From Octopus sinensis (Eukaryota): DNA of 64,000 bases. The stretch spans positions 41,912,001-41,976,000 of the forward strand of contig NC_043007.1 in assembly GCF_006345805.1 (NCBI RefSeq). The letters are read 5' to 3'. Made by a program: the position numbers and the translations under genes. A model generated the notes under the pieces. The model made no database searches and was not told the DNA's origin. It saw only the letters and a program-made list of their open reading frames with translations. Shown here in pieces: positions 11,909 through 23,400 of the stretch. Every line of letters begins with the position of its first letter. The first letter of the stretch is position 1.

Positions 11909-14700
11909 TCATCATCATCATCATCGTCGTTTAACGTCCGTTCTCCATGCTAGCATGGGTTGGACGGTTCGACCGGGGTTCTGGGAAGCCAGAAGGCTGC
12001 ACCAGGCTCCAGTCTAATTTGGCAATGTTTCTACAGCTGGATGCCCTTCCTAACGCCAACCACTCCGTGAGTGTAGTGGGTGCTTTTTACGTGCCACCTG
12101 CACAGGTGCCAGGCGGGGCTGGCAACGGCCACGGTCAGATTGGTGTATTTTATGTGCCACCGGCACGGAAGCCAGTCGAGGCGGTGCTGGCATCGGCCAC
12201 GAGTCGGATAGTGCTTTTTACGTACCACCAGACCAGGGATCCTGGCTGGTTCAATTCGATTTCGATTTCGCTTGCCCCAACATGTCTTCACAAGCAAAGG
12301 GGGTTGGCAAGGGTGCCTGTCGTACGGTCGCATTGGAGTATTTTACGTGCCACGGCCACGAGTCGGATAGTGCTTTTTACGTACCACCAGACCAGGGATC
12401 CTGGCTGGTTCAATTCGATTTCGATTTCGCTTGCCCCAACATGTCTTCACAAGCAAAGGGGGTTGGCATGGGTGCCTGTCGTACGGTCGCATTGGAGTAT
12501 TTTACGTGCCACGGCCCCGAGTCGGATAGTGCTTTTTACGTACCACCAGGCCAGGGATCCTGGCTGGTTCAATTCGGTTTCGATTTCGCTTGCCCCAACA
12601 TGTCTTCGCAAGCATGGGGGGTTGGGATGGGTGTCTGTCGTCGGATGAGGTTCTATATCGACTTCGCTTGCCTCAACCGGTCTTTGTGTCCAAGGGAGGA
12701 AAGGCATTCATAAGTGGGCTGGGCTCACTTGTCCTGCCTGGTCTTCTCACGTACAGAATATTTCCAAAGGTCTCGGTCTCTGGTCATTTCCTCAGTGAGG
12801 CCTAAAGTTCGAAGGTCGTGCTTCACCACCTCGTCCCAGGTTTTCCTGGGTCTACCTCTTCCACGGGTTCCCTCAACTGCTAGGGATTGGCACTTTCTCA
12901 CACACCTATCTTCATCCATTCTCGCCACATGACCATACCAGCGCAATCATCTCTCTTGCACACCACAACTGATGCTTCTTAGGTACAACATTTCTCTCAA
13001 GGTGCTAACGCTCTGTCGAGTATGTACACTGACATTACACATCCATCGGAGCATACTGGCTTCATTCCTCACGAGCTTACGCATGTCCTCAGCAGTCACA
13101 GCCCATGTTTCGCTGCCATGTAGCATGGCTGTTCGTACACACGCATCATACAGTCTGCCTTTTACTCTGAGCGAGAGGCCTTTAGTCACCAGCAGAGGTA
13201 AGAGCTCCCTAAACTTTGCCCAGGCTATTCTTATTCTAGCAGTTACACTTTCAGCGCACCCACCCCCACTACTGACTTGGTCACCTAGATAACGGAAGCT
13301 ATCAACTACTTCTAGTTTTTCCCCCTGGAAAGTGACGGAAGTTGTTTTCTGCAGATTTTCGGAGGTTAATGCTCCCGAGCATCTGCCACATACAAAAACT
13401 ATCTTCCCAGTTAGCCTACCTTTGACATTGCTGCACCTCTTATGTGTCCATAGCTTACACTGGGTACATCTTATAGAGTTTCTACCTACACCTTTTCTAC
13501 AGATCGAGCAGGGCCATCTTCCTGAAGATATTTGTGGATTGTCTACCTTTCTACTTATTAGTACTTTGGTTTTAGCTAGGTTGACTCTAAGGCCCCTTGA
13601 TTCTAAACCCTCCTTCCACACCTGGAACTTCTCCTCCAGTTCTGATAGTGACTCAGCAATAAGAGCAAGGTCGTCAGCGTAGAGGAGCTCCCAGGGACAG
13701 CCTGTCTTGAATTCCTCCGTAATTGCCTGGAGTACTATGATAAATAGGAGGGGGCTGAGTACTGAACCCTGGTGGACCCCAACCTCTACTTTGAATTCTT
13801 CTGTGTACATGTTGCCAACCCTAACCTTACTTACGGCATCTCTGTACATGGCTTGCACAGTCCTCACCAGCCATTCATCTATCCCTAGTTTCCTCATTGA
13901 CCACCAGATAAGGGATCGGGGGACCCTATCAAAAGCTTTCTCCATGTCAACGAAAGCCAGGTACAGGGGCTTATCTTTGGCTAGGTATTTCTCCTGCAGC
14001 TGCCTTACCAGGAATATAGCATCAGTGGTACTTTTTCCTGGCACGAACCCAAACTGCATCTCATCTAAACTAACTCTCTCTCTGATTAGTTGGGCTATGA
14101 CCCTCTCCGTAACCTTCATTACTTGATCCAACAGCTTGATACCTCTGTAATTATTTGTATCTAGGGCATCACCTTTACCTTTGTAGCAGTTGACTAGTAT
14201 GCTGCTGCACCAGTCATTGGGTATGACTCCTTCGTGTATCACCTGGTTGACTATACGGGTGACTAGGTTATAGCCGACACTGCCAGATATTTTGAGCATC
14301 TCTGCAGTAATTCCTGATGGGCCTGGGGCTTTCCCTGTCTTCATGCTTCTAATTGCCTTAGCTACCACGGAACTATCAACTCGGATAGCTGGTCCCTCTG
14401 TAGGGTCAACATTCGGCAGACTCTCTTTATCCCATTCATTTTCCTCATTCAGTAACCTTTCATAGTGGCGTCTCCAAGCTTCTCTCTTTGCATCCTCATT
14501 TAGCGCAAGTGAACCATCCTCCATGCGAACACATTTCTCTCCTACCACATCACGATTCTCTCTCACACACTGTCTTGCAACACGAAATACCTCAAGTCTT
14601 TCATCCTCACGGCGCAGGACATTGGCAAATTTTCTCTTATCTGCTTCCCCTCTGGCTAGATAGACCTGTCTCCTAGCTTCCCTTCTGGCAGTCTGATACC
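11909..14700 (-). mobile_element. Young 5'-truncated RTE-clade LINE
   Basis: RT ORF plus 3' UTR plus (GAT)n tail; both ends abut (TA)n; many shorter copies elsewhere in the window. Confidence 0.93.
12725..14700 (-). pseudogene. RTE ORF2 reverse transcriptase, one in-frame stop
   Basis: Motifs KAPGPSGI, NYRGIKL, QFGFVPG, FVDMEKAFD, GVHQGSVLSPLLF, LYADD, FRYLG, LRWYGHV, RGRGRPRKTW; a single TGA at 12947-12949 separates the in-frame ORFs 12947-14566 and 12725-12946 (TGT Cys at the same place in the 49 kb copy). Confidence 0.93.
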
Positions 14701-14751
14701 CTTCATAAATATATATATATGTATGTATATGTATATATATATATATATATA

Positions 14752-14826
<75 letters not shown>

Positions 14827-15168
14827 GTATGTGTATATATATATATGTATATATGTATGAGCAAAATGCCCCCCATCCAATGGATGGTGTTGAATCATAT
14901 CTGCTGAATAAAAAGCAATCAGTGTTTTCATTTCATTAAAAAATAGTTAAGCATGCCTTTATTTCAATAAAATTTTTGGTTTTGTTAAACGAAGTTAAGG
15001 CAAAAAAAACCTTGAGAAACCAAATAGTCTTTCCTTCCTTCATGCCAAGTTTGAAGAAAATATCTCTTTTGCATCTTACTTTTTTGGTTTCTTAAATATA
15101 CTGCATTTTGTGGTATTATTTCAAGCCAGCCGGCTTCTTTTGCGCAAACTGCCTGAGCATTTTTCTCA

Positions 15169-15668
15169 CATATCCATAGTATCAATCGCAACAGCTGATG
15201 TACTTGCACAAACAAATGCATGTTCCCACAGCTTTATCGATCGTATTCTCACCTGGAATCGATTTTTGTAATTTTTTCAAGACTTATACATGCCCTGATA
15301 CAGTCAGTATCTACATATATATATATACATCATCATCATCATCATCATCATCATTTAGCGTCCGCTTTCCATACTAGCATGGGTTGGACGGTTCAACTGG
15401 GGTCTGTGAAGCCAGAAGGCTGCATCAGGCCCAGTCTGATCTGGCAGTGTTTCTACGGCTGGATGCCCTTCCTAACGCCAACCACTCCGTGAGTGTAGTG
15501 GGTGCTTTTTACGTGCCACCCGCACAGGTGCCAGACGGAGCTGGCAAACGGCCACAGACGGATGGTGCTTTTTACATGCCACCGACACGGGGGCCAGGCG
15601 AGGCTGGCACCGGCCACGATCGGATGGTGCTTTTTACGTGCCACCGGTATATATATAATCATCATCAT

Positions 15669-15706
<38 letters not shown>

Positions 15707-16530
15707 AAATCCGTTCTGTCTGTGTGTCTTCTAGGATCTTGGGCATATCCATAGTATCAATCGCAACAGCTGATGTACTTGCACAAACAAATGCATGTTC
15801 CCACAGCTTTATCGATCGTATTCTCACTGGAATCGATTTTTGTAATTTTTTCAAGACTTATACATGCCCTGATACAGTCAGTATCTACATATATATATAT
15901 ACATCATCATCATCATCATCATCATCATTTAGCGTCCGCTTTCCATGCTAGCATGGGTTGGACGGTTCAACTGAGGTCTGTGAAGCCAGAAGGCTGCATC
16001 AGGCCCAGTCTGATCTGGCAGTGTTTCTACGGCTGGATGCCCTTCCTAACGCCAACCACTCCGTGAGTGTAGTGGGTGCTTTTTACGTGCCACCCGCACA
16101 GGTGCCAGACGGAGCTGGCAAACGGCCACAGACGGATGGTGCTTTTTACATGCCACCGACACGGGGGCCAGGCGAGGCTGGCACCGGCCACGATCGGATG
16201 GTGCTTTTTACGTGCCACCGGTATATATATATATCATCATCATCATCATTATATATATATATATAATATATATATATATAATATATATATATATATTATA
16301 TATATATTATATAAAATCCGTTCTGTCTGTGTGTCTTCTAGGATCTTGGGCATATCCATAGTATCAATCGCAACAGCTGATGTACTTGCACAAACAAATG
16401 CATGTTCCCACAGCTTTATCGATCGTATTCTCACCTGGAATCGATTTTTGTAATTTTTTCAAGACTTATACACGCCCTGATACAGTCAGTATCTACATAT
16501 ATATACATCATCATCATCATCATCATCATC
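15169..16530. repeat. Tandem array of 2 full + 1 partial ~575-607 bp units
   Basis: catatccatagtatcaatcgcaacagctg starts at 15169, 15744 and 16351; each full unit contains an RTE 3' end; length differences lie in microsatellites. Confidence 0.95.
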
Positions 16531-17838
16531 ATCCACCATCCGATTGCACTCAAATTTGATATGTAGATACTGACGGTATCAGGGCGTATATAAGTCTTGA
16601 AAAAATATGTATGTATATATATATATGATGTGTTATGAATTTATGGAAAGAAATCCCATAAAACTGAACGAGTTTGTTAAAAATGAAGAAGAGATGCTAA
16701 AATATATAAGAGAATTTAATTCATGCGGATGATCGTTTCATACAGAGATATAAAAATCATGCAAATTCATGGTTGAATTGAATTAATTAAATTGATTAAA
16801 TTAATTATATATCACTGTACTCTTCAGTGCAAGAAGTATAAACAAAATTTTTACAAAGGACTTGAGAAAGGAAATAGCTGAATAGAATCTAGGAGATTCA
16901 TGTTTATCCTTATGAGAAAAGGAGATGTGAGTCCAGTTAGGTATTAACTATATTTGGTGGAAGTTTTAATTCAAAACTTATGAAAACAAGACATTTGTAC
17001 TCAGAGCTAGGGCCAGTTTCAGTTGGGTTGGTAACGAAAGGGTTAACAATAAGAACTGTAATCTTGTGTCACTAATCATAACTATATTCAACATATTCAA
17101 CCAGATGAACAAACAACAATAAAAGTAATAGGAATAGTTGCAAAAGCAATTTTCCGTAGATACACTAATTCTATTTTAGCAAGATGCTAAGAAAAAAATA
17201 ATTGCTTTGAATTTTGATAGAAGATTATTTGGTTACATTGGCCCCAGCACTTGACTGGTATTATATTTTATCAATCCTGAAAAGATGGAAGGCAAAGTTG
17301 ACTTTGGCAGTATTTGAACTCAGAACATGAAGAGCCAGGAGAAATGTTGCTAAGTATTTTGTCTGATGCATTATTGATTCTGCCAGTTCACTGACTATTT
17401 TATGCTGAGAAACAATAAATGGTTTTTGAAGAGTTGATATGATGGGCTTTGCCAGCCTGTAACAGCCTTGTTTTTAATTCATCAAATGATCAAATGTTAT
17501 GATAGAGATAGCTTATAATCTAACAGATAATATTGTAGAAGAAATAAAACATTTTATCAAAGATTAAATGTTACCTTTTTGTTTTGAAGCTTAGAAAATT
17601 TCCTGGCTTGAAAATGAAATGCTAACAGTTTGATTATTAGATTCTTTTGTTTTTATAAATCAAAGGCTGTGTGGTAAGTAGCTTGTTTACCAGCCACATG
17701 GTTCCGGGTTCAGTCCCACTGCGTGGCACCTTGGGCAAGTGTCTTCTACTATAACCTCAGGTCGACCAAAGCCTTGTGAGTGGATTTGGTAGAAGGAAAC
17801 TGAAAGAAGCCCATCGTATATATATATATATATGTATA

Positions 17839-17880
<42 letters not shown>

Positions 17881-18449
17881 TTGTCCCCCCAACATCACTT
17901 GACAACCGATGCTGGTGTGTTTACGTCGCCGTAACTTAGCAGTTTGGCAAAAGAGACCGATACAATAAGTACTAGGCTTACAAAGAATAAATCCTGGGGT
18001 CGATTTGCTTGACTAAAGGCGGTGCTCCAGCATAACCCCAGTCAAATGACTGAAACAAGCGAGTAGATATGACTTGTTCCGCAAGTAAATGTTTCAGTTA
18101 CCTCATTAAAGACTACGTATTTCTGATGTAGTGACTTCCATAGCTATATGAGCTACATGAGGTTTTCTGAAGTATGTGTTTACAAACTCGTTTTATTAAT
18201 ACATACATCAGCTGAAGAATCTTGTCTTGTGAGTTACTTAGTGACTTCACTAGTGCTGGTGCCATAAAAAAAAAAGCAACCAGTACACTCTGTGAAGTGC
18301 GTTAGCATTAGGAAGGGCATCCAGCCATTTGAATTATGCCAAAGAAGACATTGAAGCTTGACATAGTTCTTTATCAAACCATCCAACCCATGCTAACATG
18401 GAAGACAGGCATATGGTGATGATGACTTGTAACATATTTATACACACTA

Positions 18450-18480
<31 letters not shown>

Positions 18481-18904
18481 TTTCAGCTTCGCCTCGTATT
18501 GCATATTATTTCTCCATACAGGGGTTTTTTTCAATGGCGGCCCATTTTCGCGGGGTTCCACTATTCCCTTCTCTCTCTCCCTCTTTTACGTTGTCTGCCA
18601 TCCCCCCTCTTCCTTTGCTAAGAGCATTTTTAAGCCAGCCCGTCATATTCCCGGTGCACCCGCCCTTGCCCACCCCCACCACCAATACCGGATATCTCTA
18701 TATTTTTGCTCCATCTATACCGGATGTCGCTTCTCCCACCACCATTATAGGTGTCTACTCTTCGAACCCCCCTCTTCAATACGCTATTTCACCATGCATT
18801 ACCCCTCTCTTGATATCCTACGTTCTACTTGCCTAGAACCTGTCATCATTTCTCTGAACCACCCCTCCCCACTGGTGCTCCCCTATATTTCTGCACCCCC
18901 CCCC

Positions 18905-19155
18905 CACATAAAAAGCACCATCCGAACGTGGCCGATGCCAGACCCCTCTGGCACCTGTGCAGGTGGCACGTAAAAAAACACCCACTACACTCGCGGAGTG
19001 GTTGGCGTTAGGAAGGGCATCCAGCTGTAGAAACACTGCCAGACTAGACTGGAGCCTGGGGCAGTCCCTAGCTCCCCAGACCCCGGTCGAAACCGTCCAA
19101 CCCGTGCTAGCGCGGAAAACGGACATTAAACGATGATGATGATGATGATGATGAT
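18905..19155 (+). mobile_element. RTE LINE 3' UTR fragment
   Basis: Family 3' end ending in (GAT)n then (TA)n. Confidence 0.85.
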
Positions 19156-19374
19156 ATATATACATATAAACAAATACATATATATATTAAATCAAAATAA
19201 ACAACTTGATATTGTGTTGCTTATTTTGATTTTATTCACCATACTTTGAGCTGTGCAGATAATACTAGACTGACTTGGTGCTTCAACTTAAGTGCCTAAT
19301 TCAACTGAATCTTAATTATATATATATATATAGGAATTTGAAGTAATTAACTAGTTAATTAATTAATTATTGGA

Positions 19375-19451
19375 TGTCTTACAGCTGTTTCTGAGATATT
19401 CCATGTGATAGGTTAACATCTCCAAATCTGGGTATCCTGTCATCAGAGACA
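19375..19451 (-). ncRNA. Candidate type I hammerhead ribozyme with intact core
   Basis: TGTCT-CTGATGA-[48-nt stem II]-GAAA-CAGCTGT-A-AGACA: stem I 5 bp, CUGAUGA and GAAA intact, palindromic stem III ACAGCUGU, GUA cleavage triplet; ~1 kb upstream of a Penelope-like ORF. Confidence 0.65.
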
Positions 19452-20419
19452 AGGTGGGTATGGAGGCAAGTTCTAAACAGGGAATTCACAGTTTATAAAG
19501 GAATAAAATAGTAGATAGAAGAATAAAGAGTAAAACAGTAGATAGAAGAATACTGACAGGAGAATAAAGTTCACAGTTTATCTCCTTCCAGAGGGTATGG
19601 AGGTTGGTTTGCACTTCCATGAAGATATAAGTCCTTAAGTATAATCCCAGGTAAATCCAGGCAGTATTTTGAATGTTGCATTCATGTTGAAAGAATTGAT
19701 TACTTGGTTAGCTTGTAAGAAAATGGCCCATCTGGGTATATAGAGTGAGAAGACAGACACCATGATAGACAGATATGAGTTGTGACCAGAATACACCGTA
19801 TTCTGAATGCATCCATCAAAACATATGTTGATGATATGAAGATATAAATGATTTTATAACATCTTGAGTGTTTGCTTCCATTTTAAATTTTTCATATGTG
19901 TGTGTGTGTGTGTGTAAACATATATATATATATATTATATATATATATATATATATACATACATACATACATATATACATATACATACATATATATATAT
20001 ATATATTATATTGTATTATATAAATATATACATATATATATATACACCCATATATATATAAATATATACGTGATTCGTCTAAGAGAGACCATAAGTCAGG
20101 ATAATGGTGCACTTGTATATCTTTCAGTAGAGTGGGTATACTATCTGAAATGTATAGCATTAAATATCCATCATGGCTGGTCTTACCAATCAGTTTCATA
20201 TAAAAAATATAATAGAGTGTTAGGTAAGAAACCATTTATGTAACTTTACACTCATCAGAGTCAACCAATGTGGAAGGGAATATGGCAGCTGCTCTCTCTT
20301 CTCAGAGGTGGATTAGCACCACCAGACAGCAGCTACAGTGAAAAAGGTGGTGGAACAGGAGCACCACATTAATAATACACACTTTCCCCACTTGAAGATA
20401 ACTTTTGCCAGCTTCACAA

Positions 20420-21904
20420 CATATCCAACCAAGAAGCATAACTCCTAAACTAATTCCTAGACCCTTTTTTATTCCACCACTTTTTTCACAGCAACCACTG
20501 ACTAGTGGTGCTAATTGTTTTGAAACCACTATGTACCTACATACCTGGGATGACATCGACTTCTTGTCCCATCTTCCCAAAACAACTGAAACAAACTCAC
20601 TTCTACTTAGTTTTGATGTGGTAAGCCTTTACACCAATATTCCACATGATTTAGAAATCAAGGTGATTAAATACTGGGTAGAAAAACATAGAGAAGTGAC
20701 CCCCAACAGATTCACAGTGCCATTTATATTAGACACAGTCAGACTTATTCTGGAAAACAACACATTCTTTTTCAATTGAAAGAATTACATCCAAATACAG
20801 CAATGGGAACGAGGTTTGCTCCCATTTACATGAACTCTGTAATCGGATATTTAGAACAACTTCACCAAGGAGTAGAGGAAACCTATAGCACTGAATTTAG
20901 AAAGTATACTGAAAAGGCATGGAAGAGATACCTTGATGATTGTTTCATAATCTGGACAGAATTTCTAAATCCTCCTCAACAACCTACACCCATCTCTCCA
21001 ATTTACAAAGGAGATGGGGTGTACCAGATTACCATTCTTAGATATAATGGTAATTAAAAAGGACACTACCATTACCACAGATATATATACTACAAACACA
21101 CAGGCACTCATCAATACCTGAATTTTAAGACATGCCATCCACTACTTACAAAACACAACATCCCATACTGCCTAGCCAGAAGTATTTGTACCAAGGTAGA
21201 AGATGCAAACCCCTAACAGAACTAAGAGAATTTTTTCTCAAACAAAAATGCCTGTCTCTACTTATAGAAAATGGCATAGAGCAGGCTATAAAAATACCCA
21301 TACAACAACTGAGAACAACCCAAAGAAGAAGAAAACAGGAACAAGTCATACCATTTATAGTTACACACAACCCATGTCACCAGAATATCTTCAACATTGC
21401 CAAAGCATACCTACCAATCATTGCTCAAAGTAATGAATTAAAAGATATTATCACAAATCGAGCAATGGTTCTTAGTAAAAGACAGCCTAAAAACTTGAAA
21501 TAATTATTTACAAAGGCAAAGTTTGACCTTAGCAAAAAGACCAATCATTCATTGTATCTAAATGCAATGATAGCCAATGTGGCACATGTCAATTCATACA
21601 TACTGGTCAATATATGAACCCCAAAACCAGTAAAATATTCACAAGTGCAAATATGAACTGCAAAAGCAGAAATTTAATTTACTGCATCAAATGCCCAAAT
21701 TGTAAAGAACTATATGTGGGTTTGACTGGAAATGCACTATCAGAACGTCCATGTATGCACCAACAGCAAATTAGAGACCCAGATGTCCATCAGATACCTT
21801 TTAGTAACCATCTGGTAACATATGGTTGGAAAATATTTATATTTCCATTCTACAAACTACACAGTCCAAGTGAAATTGAGAGAAAAATCATGGCTGCACT
21901 TTGA
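20420..21904 (+). mobile_element. Decayed Penelope-like element (RT + GIY-YIG endonuclease)
   Basis: LLSFDVVSLYTNIP, TAMGTRFAPIY, WKRYLDDCF, HNIPYCLA, and NLIYCIKCPNCKELYVGLTG..L.ER (GIY-YIG with CxxC); several frameshifts and stops. Confidence 0.88.
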
Positions 21905-21916
21905 GAACATTGTCAC

Positions 21917-23400
21917 TTGTACAACATGCTCCTACGAAATCCACTAACACAAACAGAAACTGGCTCCCTAGAAAGAAAAAAGCACTCATCAGGCACATCA
22001 AAAGACTCAATAAAAAAAATCAACCAAGTGAAATACTCCCACATACAACATCCACATTCAACAACAATGAAAAGGCTTGAGTTGGAAAAACTTCATCTGC
22101 AGACCGACATGAAAACCTCCATTCAAAATCAAAGAGCTGCAGAGGAACAGTGGGTAATCAAAAAAATCAAACAGAACCCAAAAGTGTTCTATTCTTATGC
22201 AAATAAGCATAGAACTGCTGTCTCACCCATTGGACCATTGATTGATGATAATGGCATTCCCCAACATGCTAAAGAAATGGCAGAAATACTGCAGAAACAA
22301 TACTGCTCTGTCTTTAGTGATCCCACTGATATCGACATAAGGGAAGCAAACGAAGTTGATTTCCAACATAAAATTTTGGACATAACCTTCACTGCCTCAG
22401 ACATCATAGCAGCAATATATGAGGTCAAATACTATTCTGCTGTAAGCCATGATAGATTCCCTGCTAGTCTCCTGAAGGAATGTAGACACCAACTTGCAGT
22501 TCCTCTGATCAACCTCTGGAGAAATTCTTTAGACTCAGGTTATATACTGAAACAGCTGCTATCCCAGTCTGTCATCCTGGTTTTCAAACAGAGAAACAGA
22601 TCCCCCGCAGTCAACTATCACCCAATCTCACTCACCTCCCACATCATTAAAGTGTTTGAAAGAGTGGTAAGATCGAGGATAGCTGGCTTCCTGGAGATCC
22701 ATAAACTCCTAAAAGCAAATCAGCATAGCTTTTGCTGTGGCAGGAAATGTCTAACACAGCTCTTACACCACATTGACGATATATTTAAAGCCTTGGAAAC
22801 AGGTTCGAACTCTGATGTCATATATCTTGACTTCAGTAAAGCTTTCAACAGGGTTGACCATAATATCCTATTTTCAAAATTGGCAAATGTTAGAATCCGT
22901 AGAAAACTTCTACACTGGATTGACTATTTCCTGGCTAACAATATCAGAGACCAAGGTGTGATTGTTGATAACAATCTCAGTTGGAGTGCCCACATCAACA
23001 ATAAGGTTGATATAGCTTGTAGGATGAGCTCCTGGATCTTAAGAACCTTCCGGTCCAGAAAACAAGGTGTCATCATTCCACTTTTTTCCTCCTTTGTACA
23101 GCCACACTTCAAATACTGCTAACCCCTGTGATCTTCCCATACAAAACAAAACATCTCAAAAGCTGAATCACTCCAGAGGGCACTCACTAAACGAATTGAA
23201 GGCATGACTGATCTCGATTACTGGGATCGCATTAAAGCCTTGAAACTCTACTCTCTCCAGTGCCACCACAAGCAGTACATCATTTGCACTATGTGGAAAA
23301 TATACCACTAGCATTAACCAAACGACCTGAATATTAGCTTCAAGGTTCATCTAAGGCTGGGACCACAAGCCATATGTCCCCTGCCCAATTCAGGATCACA
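21917..23400 (+). mobile_element. CR1-group LINE fragment with internal deletion
   Basis: IKQNPKVFYSY, NYHPISLTSHIIKVFERVV, QHSF..GRKCLTQLL, IYLDFSKAFNRVDH then jumps to DQGVIVDNNLSW; QG and YADD motifs are absent; continues into LKLYSLQ. Confidence 0.85.

Noticed and set aside
12195-12615. CRISPR-like regular repeats (also the gtgctttttacgtgccacc units)
   Set aside because: Units are contiguous tandem copies without unique spacers, lie in a eukaryotic LINE UTR, and there are no cas genes
11947-12713. 233-aa and 143-aa ORFs with internal repeats
   Set aside because: Antisense frames over the RTE 3' UTR; the 53-residue periodicity is just the 159-bp repeat
21917-23122. 401-aa ORF as a possible domesticated gene
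   Set aside because: Degenerate CR1 RT motifs and loss of the catalytic YADD; no splice or promoter evidence
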